Source: Rhina ancylostomus
Taxonomy: Eukaryota
NCBI GenBank assembly: GCA_030265395.1
Contig: JARFYF010000017.1
Span: 32,252,214 to 32,316,213 of the forward strand
DNA: 64,000 nt
Direction of reading: 5' to 3'
The notes beneath the pieces were generated by a model. It had not been told where the DNA came from. It made no database searches and saw only the letters and a list, made by a program, of their open reading frames with translations. The position numbers and the translations under genes were made by a program. Numbering within the stretch: position 1 is the stretch's first letter; the number at the start of each line of letters is the position of its first letter. Positions 36,701-48,440 of the stretch are shown piece by piece.

Positions 36701-38299
36701 AGGAAATCTACTCCTATACCTTGCATTAGACCAGAAAGGACAACTAACCAAAGCAGGTGATTGAACAATATGAAACTTCTCTCCACTTTCAAAGATTCAC
36801 AATGATCTCTTCCAAAATATTAGTCCAACATTGATTGATAAATATTCAATGTGTCCCAAAGCACACAAATTCTTTAGATATTTTGTTATTCATTTTCATC
36901 TTTATTATTATTTTGATTTGATTTTCAAACTTACTGAGTTTCCATTTCAATCCTTTTTGTTCAACAGGTAGTGGTTTGCAGAGCCAAGAGTGTCAAAACT
37001 CCTCCAGTATTTTGCCAGGGGACATAAGTGTTGGCAGCCTGCTCAACCATAAGAAGGATCACAACCGAGCAAAACTGCAACCATAGGATGAAGCATATTA
37101 TGAACAAGTTTCAGACTGGATTAGGGGAAAAAAAATCATCCCTCTTCATGGAATATGTGGTTTCAATTCCCATATAAAATTGCTTGTGATTTTTAAAAAA
37201 TCAATACTCATAAACTGGAAAAAGATGAATGTTTAGTTACAAACAGCATTATAATAGATATGGTAGAAATCATACCCTAGATGCAAGGAAGGCAGGCAAT
37301 CAAAATGAATTAACATTTTTTGCAAGATTAGATAAATAGTGTGGAATGTCATTTTTTTTTAACATGGGCTCAGGACAGATTCCAGGAAGAACTCTGCAAA
37401 GCCATTCACCCGGAAATTTAATGGGTTAGGCAGATTGTCCGTGGTTATGCAAGATAGGTTAAAAATGAGTCAGGCTACACTGAAGTCATATTTTTTGCAT
37501 TCTCCTTTTGCATGTTTGAATGATTCAAGAAGATATAAAAAAGTGGCTATTAAGCCCACGTAGACCACATCCTTAAATCAGATTGAGGAATGAGATCCAC
37601 GCTTTCTTCTTACTCCTCCCCTAAAATCAAACCTCAATTTCTTGGCTGTTCTCAGAAATCTTAAAAATAAAATATTTCCTCTTTAAATACATAGTTTCAG
37701 GTCATTTATCTCGAGATGGCCACAATTAAATAAAGGTTTTTATATCTCGATTAGACAGGCTGTAATATCAATATACGCCTTTGGTTCTGTTGTAGTTCTT
37801 TGATAATGCATACAATTAAGACTTAATATGAATTTTTTGATCAGGCATGTTAAAATTGTGCAAACAATCTTTTTTAAGATTAGAAAATGAATAAGTGTGT
37901 AACTCTTTTCACTAAAAATAGGGCTCTCAAAATATTTGAGCAAAGGGTTATTCATTTCTAAAAAACATATTAATGCAATGGCCAGATACCAACTATGCAG
38001 TCAAAAAAAATCACAGCTCCAAAAATCTTAAGTGCTTATGACTGAATTTATTTAATGCTGATATATAATTACAAATAGGGTGTGCCAAACAAGGAATGGT
38101 TAACTGAAATTGGCCAGTAAGCATGATTTGTTCTCAGACCTCACCCTGTTACAATAAGAAAACTTCTGTGAGTTATCATTACTCAAACAGAAGCAATAAA
38201 GCTGTCTGATTATCATTCTTTAAATCTCATATTGCAGAGAAAAATGTAATGTTCTCAGTGGACTGAAATTTCATCATTATTTGGCTCCCTAAAAACTTG

Positions 38300-38597
38300 G
38301 CATGTTCAGACAGTGAAGAGCTGAGCTACCAGACCAGCAAGATCTTTGGTCAATGCTCAGTTAGTTAATCTCAGTATTTGCATCAGGAAAAAGAAGTAGG
38401 CAAAGGCTTCCATTCTTAATGTGTATGTGTGTTAACTTCAGTTCAAGCTCTTCTGTCATGCAGCCAATAATGAATAGCCATCCACCTAACAATCCCAAGA
38501 TTCATCAATGAAAACTGTGGAGGTACTTAAGGATAACTATGCCAACAAAAAAAAACTATATCTCTGCAAGTAATTAACACCTCAGAAGAGGAAAGGT
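38300..38597 (+). mobile_element. LF-SINE-like element, diverged
   Basis: Ordered motifs ctgagc..cagaccagcaag, tgctcagttagttaatctcag, gaatagcc, atgaa, gaggtact and acctcagaagaggaaagg follow the LF-SINE layout as I recall it. Confidence 0.55.
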
Positions 38598-39129
38598 GAT
38601 TTAGTAACTCAACAGATAAACAAACTTGCCTTAAAAAAATCTTGTAAGTTTCCATTCCAGAAAGTGATTTAAAGATATCTTAGATTGTGGCATGAATTTC
38701 CATCCAACCTGTTCTTGATCCCTATGCTGACTCCTACTGCTGTATTTAATGTGACAGGAGGTTTGGATTAAGCTCCTTCCAATACTTGGCAGGTGAGTTG
38801 GCAGAGGTTTTCTGTGATCTGACAGGAAGTGAACCTCTAGAGGTGGCACTGTTCCATTTTCATTCTCTGAATAAGACAAAACTTCTGCTGGTACATGATG
38901 AGCAGGCTCATGTCCAGAAAAAAATTACAAAACTCCACTTAACCCAACTAGTGAGTTTGTCTGAGAGCTGAGACCCATGTTTGAGATTGTGATCTCAATG
39001 AAAACTTGAAATCATCCAAAACTATGTTACCACTGCACTAAATTAATTTAAAGAATAATTGAGTTGTAAACAAAATAATTAAAACTATATTCTATTACAT
39101 TTATACTGGAGGAGGTGAAAATATTGATA

Positions 39130-39512
39130 ACCCTTTGTACTTTAACCTATCCTGGCTTCTGGTTAAGCAATACTTCAACCTTAAAATCTCAGCCCTTTTT
39201 CAAAACTTTCTAGACCTTGCCTTCCATATCCCTAAGCTTCTCTAGCCTAAAAACCCTCCATGTTATCTGTCCTCCAATTCTAGCCTCCTGAGCTCCACCA
39301 TTGGCAGCCATCCTTCTGCTACTAAAAGTCTAAATTCTCAAACTCCCCCTTTAAACCAATCAACTCGCTCCCCTCTTGTAAGGCTTTCCTTACAACTGAC
39401 CTCCATGACCTCTGCCCTAACATTTCAAATTGAGTTTGATAATGCTTCTGTAAAGTGATTTTGGATGTCTTGTTAGTCAAAAGGCACTATACAAATGTAA
39501 GTTGTTGTATGG
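39130..39512 (+). mobile_element. L2 LINE 3' remnant
   Basis: cctatcctggcttctggttaagcaa (resembles LHWLPVKQ), ccaccattggcagcc, and tail gtaaagtg...aaaggcactatacaaatgtaagttgttg. Confidence 0.75.
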
Positions 39513-40927
39513 TTGCTGTATGTCATGTCCAATGTTGGGATTGGATGCATATTTCAGCAAAAAAAATAAATACTATTTAATAATAAAAGGATTCGATCCA
39601 CATATATATATATATAAACTTGTAATTGTACTTTCTAAAATTAACCAACACTGAATACAAAAACAGAAGTTATTAAAATATTAGGAACCACACCTTATCA
39701 GCTGCTTTTCCAGTAAAATGACACAGGTCAAGTTAAGTTGAGTTCACAAGGCTCCAAGGCTGCAGCTGTTTGCAGTTGATACTGTGGCAAATCAGGTTTC
39801 TGCTCTTGATTTCAGAAACTGAACATGAAGTTACAGTAAAATTGCTGATCACAATACCATGTTTATCATGGTGATCCCTTTAAGGGAATATTCATGGTTT
39901 GTTTGACTCCTGCAGGGCCCTTTAGTCTCATTATACAGTATGGTACTCAAGAGCTAAAACAGAAAATTAATCAGATTTCAGTTGCAACCGGAAGCACAAC
40001 TCTTCACTTATACTTATGGTTACCCAGCAGAAAGGAGCACAGTCTCGATTTGAAAGGATTCACCAAAATGCATGTGGTGGAAATTTAATAGCTTTAAATG
40101 CTTGCAAACACAAAGGCGACCAATAATTATTGCTTCACGTAGGGGATTAGCTCAGCAAGAGACCAATGAGTCATTCTAAATAACAAATTATAAACCTTTT
40201 AATTGCTCATTGCAATTGTGGGTTTAAAAAATGTGTTTTTCTGCAAAATATGAACCACTCTTTATGACTGCTGACTTACTATAGATATGCTAACATCAAT
40301 TAGGATTTAATTTTATTAACTCTTTGTAATGGCAAGTGAGTTTGCATGAGATTCCTGTGTGAAATTTCCCATTCCTTGCCCAAATATAATCATTCAAATA
40401 CATTTGTGTATAAAATGTTAACAACTTTATCTAAAAAAGTATGAGCACAATTGAAATTATAATGAAATGATAGGGAGGGTAACTATTGTTTTGCTATTTC
40501 TGATGTTGGATTTGCAGCATAGTGCTTTTGCTGACCCTCATCAACCATTGGGTACCGCTCATCTATTATCCCCATATAACCTTGCCACTTTCAATCATTC
40601 AGTTCTCCAGTTCTAAAGTCACAATTGATCTGGTACTATATTAGTACTTTTTTTTTAAGATGACAATACAAATAAGCCTGAATGCCTCGTTCATTTTTCC
40701 TGGTTGAAGCAGTCCAGAGGCAAGTATAAACTAAAGTAAGCCTTATTTTCCACTCCGGTTAAAAGATAATAAACATGACCTAGAAATAGGATACTCTACC
40801 AAATCCACTGAGTCATGTAGGCAGGGTTATTATATTTATTTAGTCCCTTCAGCAAATATCCTGGTAACATTCATTACAGCTAAAAATGTATTCTAATTTT
40901 CCATTTACACTTAAAGAAATAAATAGA

Positions 40928-41260
40928 TCATCACCACTTTGCATAATAACCTACATTGGTTCTTGGTTAAACAACATGTCAATTTTAAACTTGCCAACCC
41001 ATTTCAGATCCTTCAGTTGACCTAGATCCCCCTCTCTCTGTGGTCTTTTCAATGCTAACAAACTCCAAAATATCTGTGCTGCCTCATTTCCGGAGCCTTA
41101 CGCATTCATAAATACAAATATTCCCATCATCAGTGGCCAGGGCTTCATCTGTCAAGGATCTAAACTCACAAATTCATTCCCTAAATATCTGCATATCTCT
41201 CCTCCTTCTTCTAAGACACCCCTTAAAATCAGTACCTTATACTCTGCTTTTGGTCAGTTT
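40928..41260 (+). mobile_element. L2 LINE remnant
   Basis: acctacattggttcttggttaaacaacatgtcaattttaaa (LHWFLVKQHVNFK) ... ccttaaaa...gcttttggtca. Confidence 0.7.
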
Positions 41261-41619
41261 AACTATGTCTGTAGCTATCTATAGTTATGTTGAAAGAACA
41301 TTTGCAAAGTTTGTTGGCCCAAAGTTTCCTGAAAAAAATACAAGAGTTCCATACTGAGCTGCTGATATTTGCCTCTGTAACTGAGGAAGTTGGGGACTTC
41401 AGTGCACAATCCAGAAGTCCCAGGTTTCCTCACAGTTGACTGTCACCATCTTGCTAATGAATCTACAGACAATTGGATTCCGCTCATTGCCAACAATGGA
41501 GGGCCAACATATGCAGCTTCCCAGCCTTTATCCCAAAAAACTTGCCCATGGAACTTATGACAACCTGGTGCAGGCTCAGGTAACAATTCATTTCAATGGC
41601 AAGGAATGGCTGTGAAGGA

Positions 41620-42138
41620 GCTGGTCACCCTATTTTAGGTAGGATATGGAGGCTATGAAGAGGGTGCAGAAGAGGTTTACCAGGATGCTGCCCAGATTAG
41701 AGGGCACGTGCTCTAAGGAGAGGTTGGACAAACTTGGGTTGTTTTCTCTGATGTGGTGCAGGCTGAGGGGAGACCTGATAGAAGTCTATAAAATTATGGA
41801 AGTCATAGATATTATGGACAGCTGGTATATTTTTCCCAGGGTTGAAACGTCCAATACTAGAGGGCGTGCATTTAAGGTGAGAGGGGATGTGTGGGGCAGA
41901 TTGTCTTGAGAGCGGTGGGTGCTTGGAATGTGCTGCCAGAGGTGGTGGTGGAGGCAGATATGATAGAGGTGTTGAAGAGGCTCTGAGATAGACACATGAA
42001 TGTACAGAGAATGGAGGGATATGGATGGACTGTTTGCAGGCAGAAGGGATTAGGTTCCATTAGTTTAATTCGTTCGGCACAACATTGTGGGTCAAAGCGC
42101 ATGTTCCTTTGGTGTAGTGTTCTAGGTATTATGTTCTA
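41620..42138 (+). mobile_element. CR1 LINE 3' fragment
   Basis: ORF MEAMKRVQKRFTRMLPRLEG...LGLFSL..RLRGDLIEVYKIM, followed by the tail ggcacaacattgtgggtc...atgttcta. Confidence 0.95.
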
Positions 42139-42773
42139 AGGAGACAGATGAATTTCAGGCAACTTACATCTTTTTTGTATTTAATTGAGTTAAATGTTTC
42201 CTATACTTCATATGTTTAGATTTCAATTTTTTTTAATTTGTTTTTGTTTTATAACAGTACTATCGACTTTTTTTTGAAATTTCTGAATGTTCGTCAATGC
42301 TAGTAGTATAGTGGGTGTGTCCTAGTTTGCCACACCCAGTAAACCCCCAAATAAAATTTATAACTTCTAGAAGAATCCTAAGCTCACTGTCAGTGATTTG
42401 TTAAACTCTGCAAAAAAAACCAAATCAATACAAATTGGTGTTTTTCTAAATGTGCATTNNNNNNNNNNNNNNNNNNNNNNNNNNNNNNNNNNNNNNNNNN
42501 NNNNNNNNNNNNNNNNNNNNNNNNNNNNNNNNNNNNNNNNNNNNNNNNNNNNNNNNNNNNNNNNNNNNNNNNNNNNNNNNNNNNNNNNNNNNNNNNNNNN
42601 NNNNNNNNNNNNNNNNNNNNNNNNNNNNNNNNNNNNNNNNNNNNNNNNNNNNNNNNNNNNNNNNNNNNNNNNNNNNNNNNNNNNNNNNNNNNNNNNNNNN
42701 NNNNNNNNNNNNNNNNNNNNNNNNNNNNNNNNNNNNNNNNNNNNNNNNNTATTTGATATCAGACACATTCAAC

Positions 42774-43093
42774 TACACAGCAGCAAAGTGATCAGCACTG
42801 CTGCCTCAGCTCCAGAAACCTAGGTTTGGTCCTGGGCTTGATGCTGTCTGTACTGAATTTGCACATTCTCCCTGTGACTGCATGGGTTTCCACTGTGTTC
42901 CAACATCACAAAGAGGCAGTGGTTTGTAGATTAATTAGCTACTTTAGTTGGTCCTGGTATAGATGAGTGGCAGGAAAATCTGTAAGGGTCGGTGGGAGGG
43001 GGAATGATGGGAATACAAGGAGGGAAATGCAATGGGTAAGTGACTGGTTCAGATATAGTGGGCTTAAGGGTCTGTTTCCATGCTGTATGACTC
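42774..43093 (+). mobile_element. HE1-like V-SINE
   Basis: gctgcctcagctccag, V-domain tttgcacattctccctgtgactgcatgggtttcc, and tail aagggtctgtttccatgctgtatgactc. Confidence 0.9.
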
Positions 43094-44064
43094 ACAGTAT
43101 GAATGTATCTCATCCTCCGTATCAGTAAAAATCTACAAATTCATTATCCACTTGGGAAATTTCCTGTCTCCGTATCTAAATGTGCACAAATAGAAGCTGC
43201 ATTGCTCTCAAGTCTGACAATGAATTTCTTCCAAGGGCAAGCGCAGTTGAAATTAATAGAGATCTAAATTTTGACTATCCTCATTTCACTTTCATTGTGA
43301 TTCAACTGTAGATATTACTCGATCAGGGATTCTAGCTGATCAGCTAGAAAAAAACTCAGCTACGTTTATCTACTCATCCCTCAACATATATTACATTATG
43401 CCCAGAGGAAACCTTTGTGAGCATTAACCTCATTTTATAAAGTACCGCCTTGATGTTTAAAACTTTTCACAAAGATATATTTTGCATAAAAACACACATT
43501 TCATGACTCTTTAATAAATAACTTGGTGACTCAACTCATTTTAACCAAGTTCATTTACTTGTATTTTTTGTTAGAAATAGTGCTGTAATTATAGCAAATA
43601 GCTTTACTTTTAATGTGAAAGTAACAGAAACTTCAATTTGCAGGAAAGTTCTAACTTATAATGCAGTATTATGAAGGAGTGGATAATGATTCAGCTGTTC
43701 GCAAGTTGGGCTGTCTGTATCCTTCTCAAATCAATCAAGACAAATTCGTTCAACTGATCTGAATTTATGGTTTCATGAACTTGTCCTATCCTAAGAGGCC
43801 ATGCAAATGCTCCACCTTGCTGCTTGAGGTATTCATGGACAAAATTAATAATTAGCACAGGAAACCTAATCTAATTTACTCAACTAAATATTTCAAAAGA
43901 TGCTAGGACAATATTTATAGTATTTCATTTTTTACCTTAAAATACCTGTATGCTCTTATCTTTAACATTTAATATAATGTTTATGAAGGTAACTACACAT
44001 GTTTTTCCCTCTCTGTTTTGCTGAAAGTTCATTGTGTTTGGCTGCTTAGCCAACAATGACATCA

Positions 44065-44545
44065 CATGATGACAGGGCGTCACCACAAAATCTTAACTCT
44101 GTTTTTATTTCCATAGGTGCCGTTCAGCCTATTGAGTATTTTTAGCATTTTTCATTTCACTTCAGATCGAAATTATTTTGACTTTTGTATCGTTGATAGC
44201 TGTTGGACACCAGAGATTCCTTTGAACTGTTGCCTGACAGCATTCAGAATCAGAAAAGGAGAGGCCCGTATGAAAGATCTGTAGATCCTGATAGGCAGCT
44301 TCCTTCAACGTCAGTGGCTTGTGTTGTATTTCACCCACGGCCACAACATCTGGGCTATTGTGATATGCTGGTGATTTCACCTGCCATGCTTCATAGATAA
44401 ATGGCAAGTGGGAGCAAGGCACTATTACAGTTTAGAGGAAATGTTTCTAGTCCTGATGAAGGATCATTAACCTGTTAACTCTGTTTATCTCTCCACAGAT
44501 GCTGCTTGATCTCCTGAGTATTTCCAGTATTTTCAGCTTTTATAC
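44065..44545 (+). mobile_element. Two Penelope-like terminal fragments (about 44065-44185 and 44448-44545)
   Basis: tgatgacagggc...ttaactctgttt...gagtatttttagcattt, and gtcctgatgaaggatcattaacctgttaactctg...cagatgctgcttgatctcctgagtatttccag. Confidence 0.65.
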
Positions 44546-45986
44546 AAGTAGAAATAGTAATCAAGATCAGTTAGGTGGATTTTCTCAACCTCCTAAGAAG
44601 TGTATCAAGAATAATAGAGTAAAGCCTGGGGCATGGGAATCAACTGGGCACGTAGACTAGACCTGAAACTGAATTGAAAAGAATAATTCAGAAATATGTG
44701 TATTTGCTTAAGCAATTTTCTCCATTATATGTGTTCAGTCTCCTTTTTCCTGGGAATGAATCCAATTTTCAAAATAATTACTTTTTTTTGCTTTCAAATA
44801 AATTCCACTAATATTAACTGGACTAGAAATTTGTTCTCAATCATTTGTGTTAAACACGCAANNNNNNNNNNNNNNNNNNNNNNNNNNNNNNNNNNNNNNN
44901 NNNNNNNNNNNNNNNNNNNNNNNNNNNNNNNNNNNNNNNNNNNNNNNNNNNNNNNNNNNNNTTCTCAATCATTTGTGTTAAACACGCAACATAGACATTC
45001 CATCTCCAGAATCTGTGTCCACTAACTTCAAAGGAATTGAGTATTAGAAGTGGATTGCTACACTGCTACTTCTCCTTTGCATAGTTAGTGCAAGTGACCG
45101 AGGACAATTTCTACCCCACGCTTTTTGTGATGTCTTCTTTATTAACCTTAACCCTTTTTCAACCAACTATTGAGTTAGCCATCACTCGACAATACTATTT
45201 TCACCACTTGAGCAATTAAATCCGATTATCACCTTTCTACTTCAAGCTGTATCACGACTCAGCCTGCTATGATGAATGAAAACATTGAGAGCTATAAGAA
45301 ATGTCTGCTGCAGATGTATATTGGAAAGACTGCTGGGAAACACATACCGGTTTCAAACCAACCACTGTTTATGTTATTCCTATCATTGCATTTTCAAGCC
45401 AAGTCTGAAGTACTTTAAAGGCAGTTTTGTTTCCATTTTCAGTATTGCACAGTGCACTGCTGGCCTTGCATTCAATCTCACTTTCACTCCAGTAAAATAT
45501 TGTAAGTATGTAAACAAGACCTTGGCTTCTTTAATATATTAACTAAAATTAAGAATGTGACCAAAAAGTAGAGAAAAAGAGAAATATTCAGAAGATTCAA
45601 TCTTGCCTCTGCATGTGTGATGTAATTAAATGATTGTGAACTTTAAAGAACTTGACCTGAAGGATAAACAAGGGAAGTGTTGCCCTGAATGTGGCCTCTT
45701 TAAAAGTACTTGACTGTGTAGGTAGTCATTTCAGGTTTCAATATGGGCAATAAAACAGAAGTCCACATAAATCTGTTCAGGCTTATTATTTAAAAAGTAG
45801 TGACCCCAGTAAACGACACTGCACCAGTGTTACATTCCCAGCCATCCAAGAAATTCGTGCCAGAATAAGAGAAGATTGTAGACAAAACCAGTGTAAAGTG
45901 GCCAAGCCTTCAGGGAATCAGGTAATCCTGATGACTATTCTGTGTTTATTTTGCTAAAATACTGAAAAGATGTTACTTCGTCATTT

Positions 45987-46045
45987 ACAGGATGTTGCCT
46001 GGGACAGAGTGGATAGGCTGGGTTTATTTTCCTTGGAGCAGGGCA
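45987..46045 (+). mobile_element. CR1 fragment running into a gap
   Basis: caggatgttgcctggga...ggataggctgggtttattttccttggagcag (DRLGLFSLEQ). Confidence 0.7.
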
Positions 46046-46839
46046 NNNNNNNNNNNNNNNNNNNNNNNNNNNNNNNNNNNNNNNNNNNNNNNNNNNNNNN
46101 NNNNNNNNNNNNNNNNNNNNNNNNNNNNNNNNNNNNNNNNNNNNNATATAAACTCAAATACTGTTATTTTATCTCATCTCCAGGATATACAACTAAAGAG
46201 AGCATGAGGCTAAATTCACCAGCTGTTGACAATGGACGTGGGATCCTGATGTGTGATTAACCTGTGACCATTGATTGCAGTACTGTTTCTCTCTGAGGTT
46301 CAGCTAGGAAATTTGGTTCCTGTACTTGCTGAGTGGAGTTGCCCTCTTTCTCATGACCTGCCCCTCCTCCTGTACTGCACTGTGTGCCCCACCTCATTCT
46401 TCCAGTTAGGACAGATTTCAGAGGGAATGCCTATTGTGCCTATATCTGAGAGAAAACACCTTGCACAGAAATCTTGAAATTAGTAAGATATTCTAAAGCA
46501 TGGTTGCCTGTAGACATTTACAAGGTTAAATAAAATGTACTGTTGGATCATAACAATAGCTGAAATATCAAATGGCAAAAATCTGCAAGCAACGAATGAT
46601 CCCAGGGAGTAATTCCCAGCACTCATATTATGCTTTGTCATTCAGAGGTGGGCACTGGCTGGAGCGCGAGTTCCAAAACATCAGCCTGGCTTCACATCCT
46701 TGTCACACACTGAGATTTTGATCTGCCTGGTCCACGTTTCTGCTGGATGATCACTGCCTGTGTGCACTAACATCTTCACCAAATGGTGATGGACACAATT
46801 TACCCAACGCATGCATGCGCAGACACTGTTGGGCACTTG

Positions 46840-46887
46840 TAGCACCTCAATAATGGGCATTAGCACCTCAATAATGGGCATTAGCAC
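46840..46887. repeat. Perfect 21-bp tandem duplication (2.3 units)
   Basis: tagcacctcaataatgggcat twice, followed by tagcac. Confidence 0.95.
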
Positions 46888-48298
46888 TTCCCATTTCTTG
46901 CAAATTGCCAAATGCAAGGAGAATTTATTCATAAAAATTCAAACTTTATATTTTATAAAATGCCAAGCAATTATTTTAATGAAGTGTATTCTTTTGCAGG
47001 CCAAGTAGTCTGATTCTAGAAGTAATCTGTAACCGGTGGTTCTGAATTTGCAACTTTACTCATTTGGTAGTGGACTCAAATCTGACTGCTGGGTGGTAAT
47101 ACAACAAAACCAGCCCTGTAGCTGAACAGGAGTGCCAGTGAGCAGCAGAAGCTGATGTCTAGTAGCAGAGCCCCATTCATTTTGCTTATTGATAACTGTT
47201 AGGAATTATTTGGGACACCTTCAGGAGTTATGGAATATGGGGAGCAGCTAGTTAATTCACATGACAATCAGTCTTCAAAAAAAAACTGTTCATAATTTAG
47301 CTTCTACTGATACTTTAAGGCTATCAAAACCAGTCATCAGGTATGGGGCATTCTGGTTCTGTACCATTGTGACTATGCAGGGAAAGACAATAAATGAATG
47401 TTCATTTTAATCAGCTTTCATTAAAACCCCCATGATGAAAGGGCATTAACTGGCCATCTCCTGAATTAACACATTGTTAAAGACACTCATGGCATGTCTG
47501 TTCTGTCAATTAATATTTTGCTGTTTGTATATTCAGGAAGCCATTCCTCAACACCATAGTAGGAGAAGTATATTTTGGGTGTCTGATATTTTGGATTTAG
47601 AATCCCTCGGACCAGCCACTGGTACTTAAATATTCAAAGCAGTTCTGTTAGTTGATATGTGCTCCCATTCTGCAAAAGTTACCCATCTACAATCAAACCA
47701 CAAGGAAGATCCTTTCAACAGGAAGCTCTCCAGGTTGAAAACTAGTGTATATTAACCTATTATGCCATAAAGGCTCCAGCTTGATTTTGTGATTCACTGC
47801 AGGCATTCACAACAATGGACAGCGATTGAATCATTCTTGTCAGCATTGCCATTCTCCCATTCATGAAGATATTGAAGAGTCATAGATGCTTTTACACTTC
47901 AGCATAAACCAAAAGGGGAGGAAAGAAAAGTAGATAAAATTAGGGAAAAGCTGCAGCTGGAGGAAGGATTATGGCCAACATTCCTCATTTTGTCACTCTC
48001 TAATGGTTGGAATTTTTTTTCCAAACAATTCTAAAATGGTAAAACCGGTGTCATGCAAAACATTCTTTTACATGAAGCTCTAAGATAAAGGGCAAAACTG
48101 GTAGACCAGATCACTACGTTAAATGCGATGCATTACTCAAGAAAGTCACAAGGGACTCAAAGCGTTTGAAATGGAGTGTCAGATTTCTGAGAAATAAATA
48201 CCAAGGATTGACTTTTGTCTCCCAATTGGTCAACAGTATACTTCAACAGCAGTTAGAAAAGAAAAGGTCAGTTTAGCATTTTCCCTCAGTGGGTCATG

Positions 48299-48440
48299 GA
48301 CAAAAGTTTAATATAGACAATGGACACACCATATAGACAATGGACATGTAGACATATCATATAGACAATAGACAGTTTATATAGACAATGGACACTCCAT
48401 ACAGACAAAGTTTAATATAGAAAATGGACACTCCATATAA
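48299..48440. repeat. Degenerate minisatellite built on atatagacaatggac
   Basis: About six related units with variable spacers (acacc, actcc, aagttta). Confidence 0.85.

Noticed and set aside
42367-42823. ORFs spanning N runs
   Set aside because: They are artefacts of translating gaps.
48299-48440. Repeat-spacer-like pattern suggestive of CRISPR
   Set aside because: The spacers are very short and self-similar, there are no cas genes, and the context is vertebrate. It is a minisatellite.
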